Shown: positions 25,982 to 34,191 of the stretch, piece after piece
Layout of the letters: each line of letters starts with the position of its first letter
How positions within the stretch are numbered: the first letter of the stretch is position 1
DNA from: Candidatus Bipolaricaulia bacterium
GTDB taxonomy: Bacteria > Bipolaricaulota > Bipolaricaulia > RBG-16-55-9
Direction of reading: 5' to 3'
Length of the DNA stretch: 47,998 bases
Assembly: GCA_042219045.1 (NCBI GenBank)
Contig: JBDGQO010000037.1
Span: forward strand, 1-47,998
Program-made: the position numbers and the translations under genes
Notes under the pieces: generated by a model
The model's database searches: none
What the model saw: only the letters and a program-made list of their open reading frames with translations
Told to the model about the DNA's origin: nothing

Positions 25982-27826
25982 CTACGTTGATGGCGAAGAG
26001 TCAGTGCGTGCAGAGGCGCGCCATGCGCGCAGGGAGCGCTCGATCGCGGCGTGCTTCTGAATGAGTCGCCGCAAGTCGGCTCGGGAAAGCACAAGCTCAG
26101 TCGTCTCCTCCGTCGTCCGGAGCGCCGTGGAGGGAGCCTCCCCGGCGACGAGGGCTTCCAGATTCAGGGGCGTGCCGGGCGTGTTGATCTGTTCGCCTGT
26201 GTCGGCCTGGACGCCTCCCCGAAGGAGCACATGCAGCGAGGGGGGCGCGGTGTCGGTCTCGACCAGAGGGGTGCCGGACGCAACTGTGCGCTTTGTCCCG
26301 CGCCGGTAGAAGGGCCGCCACATGGAGACCGGAAATAGCGCCCCGAGCCCTGTAGGAGGCCCCTCCGCGTCAGCGGGGGCGCTGTCTCCTTCGTCTCTCT
26401 CGGCCCCTGCGGAACCGGAGCGCCCATACTCTTCCTCGAAGGCCCGTTCGAGGGCCGGATATTGGTCAACGAGTGCCTCCAGCATGCTCGCCCGAACAAT
26501 GAGAAATCGCGAGGACCGCGTCGTGACGAGGGATCCGTCGTACGTTCCCTCCTGGATCATGGCCCGGTCCCCAAAGACCCCTCCCGGCTCGAGCACCGTA
26601 AGGACTGTAAAGTCCTCGCTTTCGGGCGACTCGTACCGCACCTCCGCCTCCCCGTCCACGAGGAGATAGAAGGCGTCGGCGGGGCGTCCCTGTCGGGCGA
26701 CGTGCTGGCGGCCGTCCACGTCGTGCTCGGAAAGTTGGTCGACGACCTCTTGAAGCTGGCCCGGGCTCAATTCGGCGAAGAGCGGAATGCGAAGCACTTC
26801 CTGGGCGGGCGTAAAGGTCTGGGGCTGGACCCGCGTGGTGTCCGTGTCGCCCGACGGCGAGCCGACCCACGCGTCCTGCCCGAGACGGGGGCCGAGCAGG
26901 GAGCTGAGCGGCGTTTGCGGCGCGTCGGCCGTGTTCAGCGTCAGATCCACGTCCAGGTCTATGGTCCGGCCCAGGTACAGCGTTGAGAGGTCCACCAGGG
27001 CCCGGTGGGCCTCCCCCCCGGGGAAGAAGCTCAGGTAGTCGTCGTAGGACGACATCCGGACCTCGACGGTCAGGCCGGCCTGCTGGTCCCATGCCCGCCG
27101 GCCCAGAACGGCCGACTGGCCGAGGGCCTGGTTCTGGCCCGCAACGCCGATGCGCGTTTCCTGGTCGGCGTCCAGCTCGAGCCACCGGCCCGTAAGCGGC
27201 GTCACGTCCACCTCCAGATCGAAATAATCGCCCAACAAGACGGACAGGCCGTGGGCCGAGGCGGGCCGCTGGTTCAGGAGAGGCGCGTAGCGAAGGAGGG
27301 TCTGGTCCGGCACCGAAAGCCGTCCCTGCGCCGCGTTAGGGCCAAGCCCCCCGATGGCCCGCAGGTACCGGGCGACGGTGCTTTCTCTGGGCGGCCCCGA
27401 CTCCATCCCCACGTGGTGCCGCTTCCGTTCGCGGTACCGGAGCGCGATGAGACGGTGGGCCAGCAGATCCAGAAAGTCGCGGAGGGCCGTATCCCCTTCC
27501 CGTTCCCGATCCTGAATCAGCTCAGTGTACGGGGCGGGCAGCGGGCCGTGGGGCCCCGCCAGGCTCATGAACGACACGTCCATCTCAACCGGCCCCTCGT
27601 CGTCCGGAATCTCCACGCCGGTGATGTCACTGGCCGGAAACCCAAGCTCCCCGTGGGCCCGGAACCGAACCGGTTCATCCGAGGGCGAGGCGCCCTCTCC
27701 TACCGGGGCCCAGCCCGGATGCAGCTGTTCCAGAAGCCGGACGGCCTCGTGGAACTCAAACTCATATGGCTGGTCGACCAGGGCCTTTGCTACAGGAGCG
27801 CCTGATCGCCGGCTCTGGGTGGCCAT
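25982..27826 (-). CDS. tssG: Type VI secretion baseplate TssG fused to two C-terminal cyclic-nucleotide-binding (CAP_ED)-like domains
   Basis: PYEFEFHEAVRLLE, LGFPASDI, FMSLAGPHGPLP..YTE, LRDFLD, LGQSAVLG..WDQQ (TssG). Then IPLFAELS...RQG..ADAFYLLVDGEAEV...LEPGGVFGD (cNMP fold, ~26803-26440) and a second degenerate copy (~26310-26030). Confidence 0.9.
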   Translation of the reverse strand: MATQSRRSGAPVAKALVDQPYEFEFHEAVRLLEQLHPGWAPVGEGASPSDEPVRFRAHGELGFPASDITGVEIPDDEGPVEMDVSFMSLAGPHGPLPAPYTELIQDREREGDTALRDFLDLLAHRLIALRYRERKRHHVGMESGPPRESTVARYLRAIGGLGPNAAQGRLSVPDQTLLRYAPLLNQRPASAHGLSVLLGDYFDLEVDVTPLTGRWLELDADQETRIGVAGQNQALGQSAVLGRRAWDQQAGLTVEVRMSSYDDYLSFFPGGEAHRALVDLSTLYLGRTIDLDVDLTLNTADAPQTPLSSLLGPRLGQDAWVGSPSGDTDTTRVQPQTFTPAQEVLRIPLFAELSPGQLQEVVDQLSEHDVDGRQHVARQGRPADAFYLLVDGEAEVRYESPESEDFTVLTVLEPGGVFGDRAMIQEGTYDGSLVTTRSSRFLIVRASMLEALVDQYPALERAFEEEYGRSGSAGAERDEGDSAPADAEGPPTGLGALFPVSMWRPFYRRGTKRTVASGTPLVETDTAPPSLHVLLRGGVQADTGEQINTPGTPLNLEALVAGEAPSTALRTTEETTELVLSRADLRRLIQKHAAIERSLRAWRASARTDSSPST

Positions 27827-29592
27827 CGGTGCCACACCCCGTCACGTTGATTCGAGGAGATTGCGAGTTGCGTAAAGGCGTTCGCGGAGGCGTGGAGCCC
27901 AAACACGCGGTTGAGCACGGCCCCCAGCAGAAAGGCGCTCGACCCCGCAAACGGGCGCTCGTCGACCGTCAGGTGCACCTCCGTCCCGCGACTGAAGCCC
28001 CGCCAGGCCTCGTCCCGGAGCCGCCGCGAGACCGGTTCCGTCGACATCGCCCGCAGGCCCTCCAGCTGCTGCTCGAAGTCGGACGGCGCCCCGCCGCTGT
28101 AGAGGCGAAGCATCTCCCGGAGCATCTCAAGGCTTTCGGGTCGACTCGACAGCGACAGGTGGTTGAGCGACAGGTTCGAGACCAGTTGCCACAGATGCTC
28201 ACCGCCGAGGGGCGGATCAATCGGGTTTGTCGGGGTATCGACGCCGGTGATCGACGCCACGGGGAGCCCGAGCTCCGTCGTGTAAAGCGCCTGCGGCGGG
28301 ACTTCCTCCGGGAGGCGCCGGTTCGTACACAGCACGTGCCCGAACACCGTCTCGTCCGCTGGCTGGGTGGGATCTAAGTCTGGATCCACGAACGAAATCA
28401 CCACGTCGGTCCCGTCGTGGCGGCGGTGTGGACGCCGTTCCATATACCAAAAGGCCGACGGGGCCTCGCGGCGCGCCTGGTGGTCGAACGAAAAGTACGG
28501 GCGGTACGTCCGGCCGGCGTCTGGATCCCGGGCACTGCGGACCGCCTCCACGGAGTGGATCTCGGTCGTCTCTTCCCGGCGCCGGTCCGCCACGAGCCGG
28601 TACTCCACCTGCCGCTGATCGACGCGCACCGGCTCGGTGGTGCGGTGGAACAGGTTGACGGCCGGCGTGCAGTTGAGACGCACGTTGCGCGGGGCCAGCT
28701 GCGGAATGTCGTCCGGCGATCGGTCGAGCAGAAACAGGACGTCGACGTAGTCCTCCCCAGGGACTCGGTCCAGATGATGCAGCTCCCCGAACAGGTATTT
28801 CCGGGGAAACGTCGCGTATTCCTGGATGAGGCGGTAGGCCTCGTGGGCGTGCTCCGGGTACGGCAGCGTGGTCTCGTCCTCGTCGAAGCCGACCGGCCGC
28901 AGGGCCCCGTCGGGCAGGAACTCGGGGGCCCTCTGGTCTTCCCCGAGAAGCACGACGCGCTGCCGATGGGCAAAGAGCAGCTCGTAGAGGGTCGACGTCA
29001 GCTGCGGGTCCCCTGCCAGGTGGAGGCGCAGCTGGTCCGTGCCGTAGTCGGCCCAGGTGCCGTCGTCACACCGGATCCGCAGCCGCAGCACCGACTCCAC
29101 GTCGTGGGCTCCTTCCAGGACCTCGTACTGGTCCCGGGGTTCGACGTCCGCCTCCGTCACCGAGAACGGCCAGAGCGTAAGCGGGTACGCGGTGCGGAAC
29201 CGGCACGTCTCGTCGGTGGGCGCGTCGAGGTACAGGGTCGTCTCGGCCGGCACCGCCGTCCCGTCGGCGGGGACGCCCTGGTCGAGATCGACGTCGAACT
29301 GCACGATGGACTGAGCCGGAATCGGGGCCACCAGTTGCGGGTACAGCGTGCCGAGCAATCCCGTCGTGATGCGGGGCATGTCCCGCTCGATGTTGTACTG
29401 CACCCGTCCGCTCAAAAACGCCAGCGACTCGATGATGCGCTCCGTGTGGGGATCGGGACTCTCCTGATCCCCCATCTCCAGGCGACGGGCCACCTTCGGG
29501 TACTCCTCCGCAAAGGTCTGCCCCATCTCCCGGAGGTACTGGAGCTCCCGCCGGTAGTATGGCAGCAATTTTTCGAGGGCTTCGGACGGCAT
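27790..29592 (-). CDS. tssF: Type VI secretion baseplate TssF
   Basis: LLPYYRRELQYLREMG..FA..YPKVA.RL, DPHTERIIESLAFL, YRLIQEYATFP.KY, LNCTPAVNLF, WPPRAG. Start ATG at 29592. Confidence 0.96.
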   Translation of the reverse strand: MPSEALEKLLPYYRRELQYLREMGQTFAEEYPKVARRLEMGDQESPDPHTERIIESLAFLSGRVQYNIERDMPRITTGLLGTLYPQLVAPIPAQSIVQFDVDLDQGVPADGTAVPAETTLYLDAPTDETCRFRTAYPLTLWPFSVTEADVEPRDQYEVLEGAHDVESVLRLRIRCDDGTWADYGTDQLRLHLAGDPQLTSTLYELLFAHRQRVVLLGEDQRAPEFLPDGALRPVGFDEDETTLPYPEHAHEAYRLIQEYATFPRKYLFGELHHLDRVPGEDYVDVLFLLDRSPDDIPQLAPRNVRLNCTPAVNLFHRTTEPVRVDQRQVEYRLVADRRREETTEIHSVEAVRSARDPDAGRTYRPYFSFDHQARREAPSAFWYMERRPHRRHDGTDVVISFVDPDLDPTQPADETVFGHVLCTNRRLPEEVPPQALYTTELGLPVASITGVDTPTNPIDPPLGGEHLWQLVSNLSLNHLSLSSRPESLEMLREMLRLYSGGAPSDFEQQLEGLRAMSTEPVSRRLRDEAWRGFSRGTEVHLTVDERPFAGSSAFLLGAVLNRVFGLHASANAFTQLAISSNQRDGVWHRWPPRAGDQALL

Positions 29593-29665
29593 GAAAGCAA
29601 CCGATTCGTGAGAGCAGTGTGGGGACGCGCTCGTCGCGCCGGCCTCGGGCCGGAGCCGACGGCGG

Positions 29666-30118
29666 TCAACCACCCGTTCGAACCTTAAAGGGAAACGCCA
29701 CGGGCTCGCGCACCTCCCCGGCCACCAGCAGGGCCTCCACCGTTGCCTGCACCCGACCCGGCTCGATCGTCGGCTCCACCTGAACCGTCACATCCTGCAA
29801 GCGAGGTTCGAACGCCTCGATCGCCGTTCGAACCTCGTAGGCGATGCGGCTCAGGGCCTGTTCGTCGGCCGGCGACACGGGCGCGAAGTCCGGAATGCCG
29901 TACTCGGTAACGGTCGGTCCAAGGTCCGGAGGGATGTCTCGCTGGGGCGTCCGTCGCGTGCTCAGAAGCCACTCGAGGTCGCGGCGGACCAGCCGTTTGA
30001 GGGTGTCGGCCGGGACCGTGCGGCGGAGCGGCTCCTCGCGGTCGGATCCAGGGTTCGGATCGATGAGGCGGTCCAATACGGAGAGGCGAGCGCGGGGCTC
30101 GTCGCGGTCGCGGGCCAT
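29666..30118 (-). CDS. tssE: Type VI secretion baseplate TssE (gp25-like)
   Basis: SVLDRLID, VRRDLEWLLSTR, YGIPDF, AIEAFEPRL. Confidence 0.93.
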   Translation of the reverse strand: MARDRDEPRARLSVLDRLIDPNPGSDREEPLRRTVPADTLKRLVRRDLEWLLSTRRTPQRDIPPDLGPTVTEYGIPDFAPVSPADEQALSRIAYEVRTAIEAFEPRLQDVTVQVEPTIEPGRVQATVEALLVAGEVREPVAFPFKVRTGG

Positions 30119-30154
30119 GGCATATGCGAGACAGGCAAAGAGCGGAGACGAACC

Positions 30155-30184
30155 GGGACCCGGGGCGAGACGCCCCTGGGTCCC
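30155..30184 (-). terminator. Strong GC-rich stem-loop between hcp and tssE (partial terminator or mRNA stabiliser)
   Basis: GGGACCC-GGGGCG-aga-CGCCCC-t-GGGTCCC (13-bp stem with a one-base bulge); only a weak U-tract. Confidence 0.5.
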
Positions 30185-30205
30185 AGATCGTCCTCCCGCA
30201 CTCCG

Positions 30206-30703
30206 TCAGGAGATTTTGTTCGTCATCAGGTCGTGGGTCACCGGCTGGGCCGACCCTGCTTCGCCCGTCTCCTTCTGGGGCGTGTACGTGTAGGTGATCT
30301 TTCCATACGTGAGCTCTACTTCTTCTTTCGGCATGTCCCCTTCGCCGCCCACGACGTTATAATCGGCAACGACAACCCCCTCCATCTCAATCTGGAGGTA
30401 CTTGATCGGCTCGCCGGTATTGCCGTCGGCCCGGTACGCGTGGAAGACTGCCTTGTCGATGTGCTGGCCGGTCCAGCACATTTTCAGGAGATCGTCGGTC
30501 GCCGAGTCAATGTGCTTCCGAAACACAAACGGGCTGTGGTTGACGCGTTCGACCGTCCCGCCGCCCGCCGAACTGCGAACCGGCGACTGGGGCTGGTCGA
30601 AGTGGTGATTCCAGGAGAGCACCTCAATCCACTGCTTGTGGTTTTCATCGGTGCTTTCACCTGCGATGTCGGGTCCTGTGAAATTGATATAGACGTTAGT
30701 CAT
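30206..30703 (-). CDS. hcp: Type VI secretion tube protein Hcp/TssD
   Basis: IAGESTDENHKQWIEVLSW, K.IDSAT..L, EEVELTYGKI.YTY.Q. Confidence 0.95.
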   Translation of the reverse strand: MTNVYINFTGPDIAGESTDENHKQWIEVLSWNHHFDQPQSPVRSSAGGGTVERVNHSPFVFRKHIDSATDDLLKMCWTGQHIDKAVFHAYRADGNTGEPIKYLQIEMEGVVVADYNVVGGEGDMPKEEVELTYGKITYTYTPQKETGEAGSAQPVTHDLMTNKIS

Positions 30704-30803
30704 GACACGTAGGGTTGAATGGTCAGGAATGAGATCAAAGGGGCTCGCCCCCGGCTAGCGTCCCGGGGGTCTAGGGCGCTCTGTTGGAAGAAAGAGATCC
30801 GAA

Positions 30804-32279
30804 TTATGCGGGCTCGGGAAGCTCGGCGACCATGCGGATCGAGGCCGTCAGCTCCTCGAGCTGGAAGTGCGGGCGAACGAAGACGGTCGCGTCGTACGCC
30901 CCCGGCTTGCCGGCCTTCTCCACCACGTCGATGCGGGCCTCTCGGAGCGGATACTGCGCCTTCAGCTCCTGCCCCGCATCGTCCTTGCCGAGCGTGTACT
31001 GGTTGATCCAGCGGTTGAGGAACGTCGAGATGTCGTCCTTCGACTGGAAGCTGCCGATCTTGTCCCGCATGATCGCCTTGACGTAGTGGGCGAAGCGGGA
31101 GGAGGCCATGATGTACGGCAGGCGGGCCGACAGCGCCGCGTTGGCCGTCGCCTCGTCGGTATCGTACTCCTTGGGCTTGTTGACCGTCTGGCCGCTGAAG
31201 AAGGCCGCCTGATCGGTCTCCTTGTTGTGGACGAGCGAGATGAAGCCGAGCTTCGACAGCTCGTTTTCCCGACGGTCGGTAACCGGCACTTCCGTAGGGC
31301 ATTTGATGGCGACGTCGCCGTCGTCCGTCTTGAAGGTGTGGGTCGGCAGGCCCTCAACCAAGCCCCCGCCTTCGACGCCCCGAATCGCCGCGCACCACTT
31401 GTACTTCGAGAAGGCATTGGTCATGCGTTCGCCGAGGGCGTAGGCCGTATTGCCCCACAGGTACCGATCGTGGTCCGGACCCTGCACGTCCTCGACGAAT
31501 TCGAACTCTTCGGCCGGGTTCTCTTCCGGGTCGTAGGGCTCCCGAAGAAGCATTCGGGGCAGCGTCAGCGCCACGTAGCGGGAGTCTTCGCTCTCCCGGA
31601 ACGACTGCCATTGGGCCAGCTCCGTGCTCTCAAAGATCTTCTCAAGATCGCGGGGCTGGTCGAGCTCCGTCCAGCTGTCCATGTCGAAGAGCTCCGGCGA
31701 CGGGGAGGAGATGAACGGCGCGTGGGCCGCGGAGGCCACGCTGGACACGTCGTCGATGAACGACAGGTCCTGGGAGCTCCGGTCAATCTCGTAGTCGCCG
31801 ATCAGAAGGCCGTAGGGACTTCCGCCGAAGGTACCGTACTCCTTCTCGTAGACCTTCTTGAACAGCTGGCTCTGGTCGAACTCGACGGCCTTTTCGAGGT
31901 CGTCGAGCAGCTCCTCTTTCGAGGCGTTGAGCAGGCGCAGCTTGAGGGTTCGGCTCGTTTCGGTGTTGAACACCAAGTAGGCCAGTCCTCGCCAGGAGGA
32001 TTCAAGCTCCTGAAATTCATCGGCGTGCAGGATCTCGTTAACCTGCTCGGAGAGCAGCTGATCGATTTCTGCGATGCGCTCTTCGATCGAGGCGAGCGTG
32101 TCTTCGCTGACGGTCATGTCCTCCTCGACGACCTGGTCCACAAACTCTCCAACCAGGGTCTTCGCGTGTTCTTCTTGTTCCTCGCTCCGGGCCATGCGGC
32201 CCTCCTCTACGACCTTATCAAGCGCACTTTGCGCTTCGGTGACGGTTGTGTCTTGCTGGGCATCGGTTTCTTCAGCCAT
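30804..32279 (-). CDS. tssC: Type VI secretion contractile sheath large subunit TssC
   Basis: FQELESSWRGL, YEKEYGTFGGSP, AAHAPFI, IRGVEGGGLVEGLP, SRFAHYVK, RPHFQLEEL. Confidence 0.98.
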   Translation of the reverse strand: MAEETDAQQDTTVTEAQSALDKVVEEGRMARSEEQEEHAKTLVGEFVDQVVEEDMTVSEDTLASIEERIAEIDQLLSEQVNEILHADEFQELESSWRGLAYLVFNTETSRTLKLRLLNASKEELLDDLEKAVEFDQSQLFKKVYEKEYGTFGGSPYGLLIGDYEIDRSSQDLSFIDDVSSVASAAHAPFISSPSPELFDMDSWTELDQPRDLEKIFESTELAQWQSFRESEDSRYVALTLPRMLLREPYDPEENPAEEFEFVEDVQGPDHDRYLWGNTAYALGERMTNAFSKYKWCAAIRGVEGGGLVEGLPTHTFKTDDGDVAIKCPTEVPVTDRRENELSKLGFISLVHNKETDQAAFFSGQTVNKPKEYDTDEATANAALSARLPYIMASSRFAHYVKAIMRDKIGSFQSKDDISTFLNRWINQYTLGKDDAGQELKAQYPLREARIDVVEKAGKPGAYDATVFVRPHFQLEELTASIRMVAELPEPA

Positions 32280-32342
32280 AGGTCTAGAACAGGGTTTGGA
32301 ATCGGAAACTGTTTATGGGAATCGGCAACCGGGACCTGAGCG

Positions 32343-32885
32343 CTACTCCTCCTGGTCCGACTCGTCCTCCTGGTCTTCGCTCTCAGGGGACTCTGCGTTG
32401 CCGTTGAGGGCCTCGTGGATTTCCTCCTGCATGTCGGTGTTGTCCAGCACGTCCTGCAGGAGGGATTCAAGTTTGGCGTTGCCTTCGAGCTTCGCCGCAA
32501 GGTCGGCTAAACGTTGACGTGCCTCAAACAGCTTGCGGAGCGGCTCAACTTGCTGGACAATATTCGAGGGATTAAAGTCCTCTAGGTCCTCAAATTCCAG
32601 GCTCACGTTGAGCTGGTCGTCCCCCTCCGTCAGCTTATTATCGACCCGAAAGTTAAGTTCGGGATTGATCGAACCAAGGACGTCGTTAAAGTTGTCTCGA
32701 TCGATCTCGGTAAACGTCCGGTCCTTCAAGGGCGGTTTGCCCTGGTCGCCGGAGAGGTCGGCGAGCACGCCGACGATGAAGGGGAGCTCCTTTTTCTCGA
32801 TGGCGCCGCCAGTTTCCACGTCGTAGGTAATTTGCACCCGGGGCGGGCGCACGCGGTCAAGCTTATGCTGAGTACTTTCGGCCAT
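32343..32885 (-). CDS. tssB: Type VI secretion contractile sheath small subunit TssB
   Basis: MAESTQHKLDRVRPPRVQITYDVE...KELPF.VGVLADLSG, IDRDNF, DFNP. Confidence 0.98.
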   Translation of the reverse strand: MAESTQHKLDRVRPPRVQITYDVETGGAIEKKELPFIVGVLADLSGDQGKPPLKDRTFTEIDRDNFNDVLGSINPELNFRVDNKLTEGDDQLNVSLEFEDLEDFNPSNIVQQVEPLRKLFEARQRLADLAAKLEGNAKLESLLQDVLDNTDMQEEIHEALNGNAESPESEDQEDESDQEE

Positions 32886-33066
32886 GGGTCTGGGGTGGTT
32901 GATGCATAAGAAGGTGCTGCGAGAGGATGCACGGTCGTCGGTGTCGCCAGATGTCTGTCGTCGAGGGACAGGAATCTGAATATTTTCAAGGCGAGAAAGG
33001 AGTTAAGGGAATGTCGAAAGCATGAGGGAAGAAGTTATTCGGGAAGGCTGCGAAAAGGGAAGGCGT

Positions 33067-34152
33067 CTACTCGGAGTCTTCCTCGTTCGGGGTGTCGTCC
33101 ATGCCAAGGAGTTCGTAGATTTCTTGCAGGTCGTCGCCGCTCTGCACGAGCTCTTTCAGAAGCTCGTCGAGGGACATGTTACCCCACGAGACGGCCCGCT
33201 TCACGAGGTATGGGGTCGGGCTGTGCGGCTCGGTGCGGAGCAAAAACTCGGCGGCCTCCCACAGGAGGCGGTAGGCCTCCGCCCGGCTTCGAATGTTGAC
33301 GGAGGAGGCCTCCACGGGCTCGTCCGCATCTTCGGGCATCCAGACCGGCTCGTCGGACCCGTCGTCCTCCTCCTCGACCGCCTCCTCCGCGGGCTCGCGC
33401 TCAGAGAGCACGTCCCGGCCGAAGCCGCGAATGTCCCTGAGCGTGTCCTTCCAGGTATCGAGTCCGACGGCTGCCTCCGATCCACACCGTTCTGAGAGGA
33501 GGCGTTCGAGGTGTTGGGAGTCGTCGAGAAGTCCGTCCATCCCTTCGACCAGCGAGCGGTAGTAGGACGTGGGCGTCAGCGTGACGCTGGTCAGAATGTC
33601 GTTGCGGGAGGCCTCCTCCTCGTCGGCCTCGTCTTCGTGGTCGGCCTGCTCCCACTCCAGGAGGGAGTACGCCTCGGACTCACCCGAGACGTCCGGCTGG
33701 GTGATCGGGACCGTTTTTAGCGTTGGGGAAAGCTTCTCGTCAATCCACTTGATCGGGCCAAGACGGAACTCGACATCACCGTCCTTAATCGGCGGATACA
33801 GGTCGTCCCAGAAGCCTTCAACGAGGCCAGCCATCAGGTCGAGGCCCGCGGCACAGCCCCCGAATCCGTATTTTTCGATCCAGGCTTCCAGAAGCCATGC
33901 GGCCAGCTGGAGATCCTTCGTTCTCGTCTCGAGCGCCTCCACGCAGAGACGTTCCACTTCGTCCCAGTCAGCTGTGTCGAGCTCTCGCTCGTAGATGCCC
34001 TGCGGCAGCGAGGGATCATCGGCGTGGCGGGCCTCCTTGACCTCGTCGTAGGTCCCCTCATAGCGGAGGGATTCTCCCCCCGGATTTTCGGGGGAGATGG
34101 GGTCGAGGAGCGGCTCGACATCAACCGGTACGTCGCCGAAGGCGTCGGTCAT
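33067..34152 (-). CDS. tssA: Type VI secretion protein TssA (ImpA_N, short type)
   Basis: LLDPISPENPGGESLRY, ADWDEV, KDLQLAAWL; C-terminal SRAEAY..L...EPHSPTPYL. Confidence 0.93.
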   Translation of the reverse strand: MTDAFGDVPVDVEPLLDPISPENPGGESLRYEGTYDEVKEARHADDPSLPQGIYERELDTADWDEVERLCVEALETRTKDLQLAAWLLEAWIEKYGFGGCAAGLDLMAGLVEGFWDDLYPPIKDGDVEFRLGPIKWIDEKLSPTLKTVPITQPDVSGESEAYSLLEWEQADHEDEADEEEASRNDILTSVTLTPTSYYRSLVEGMDGLLDDSQHLERLLSERCGSEAAVGLDTWKDTLRDIRGFGRDVLSEREPAEEAVEEEDDGSDEPVWMPEDADEPVEASSVNIRSRAEAYRLLWEAAEFLLRTEPHSPTPYLVKRAVSWGNMSLDELLKELVQSGDDLQEIYELLGMDDTPNEEDSE

Positions 34153-34191
34153 GGGGGAACAGATCGAAGCGTTCGAGTAGGGGGAAGCGCG

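Noticed and set aside
23156..32339. Long plus-strand ORFs (496, 397, 423 and 490 aa) opposite clpV, tssF and tssC
   Set aside because: Codon-bias shadow frames of well-conserved T6SS genes.
32886..33066. Possible internal sigma-54 promoter or third operator copy before tssB
   Set aside because: No convincing TGGCAC-N5-TTGC and no CAACAT..GTTG match by eye; an internal promoter remains possible but is unsupported.
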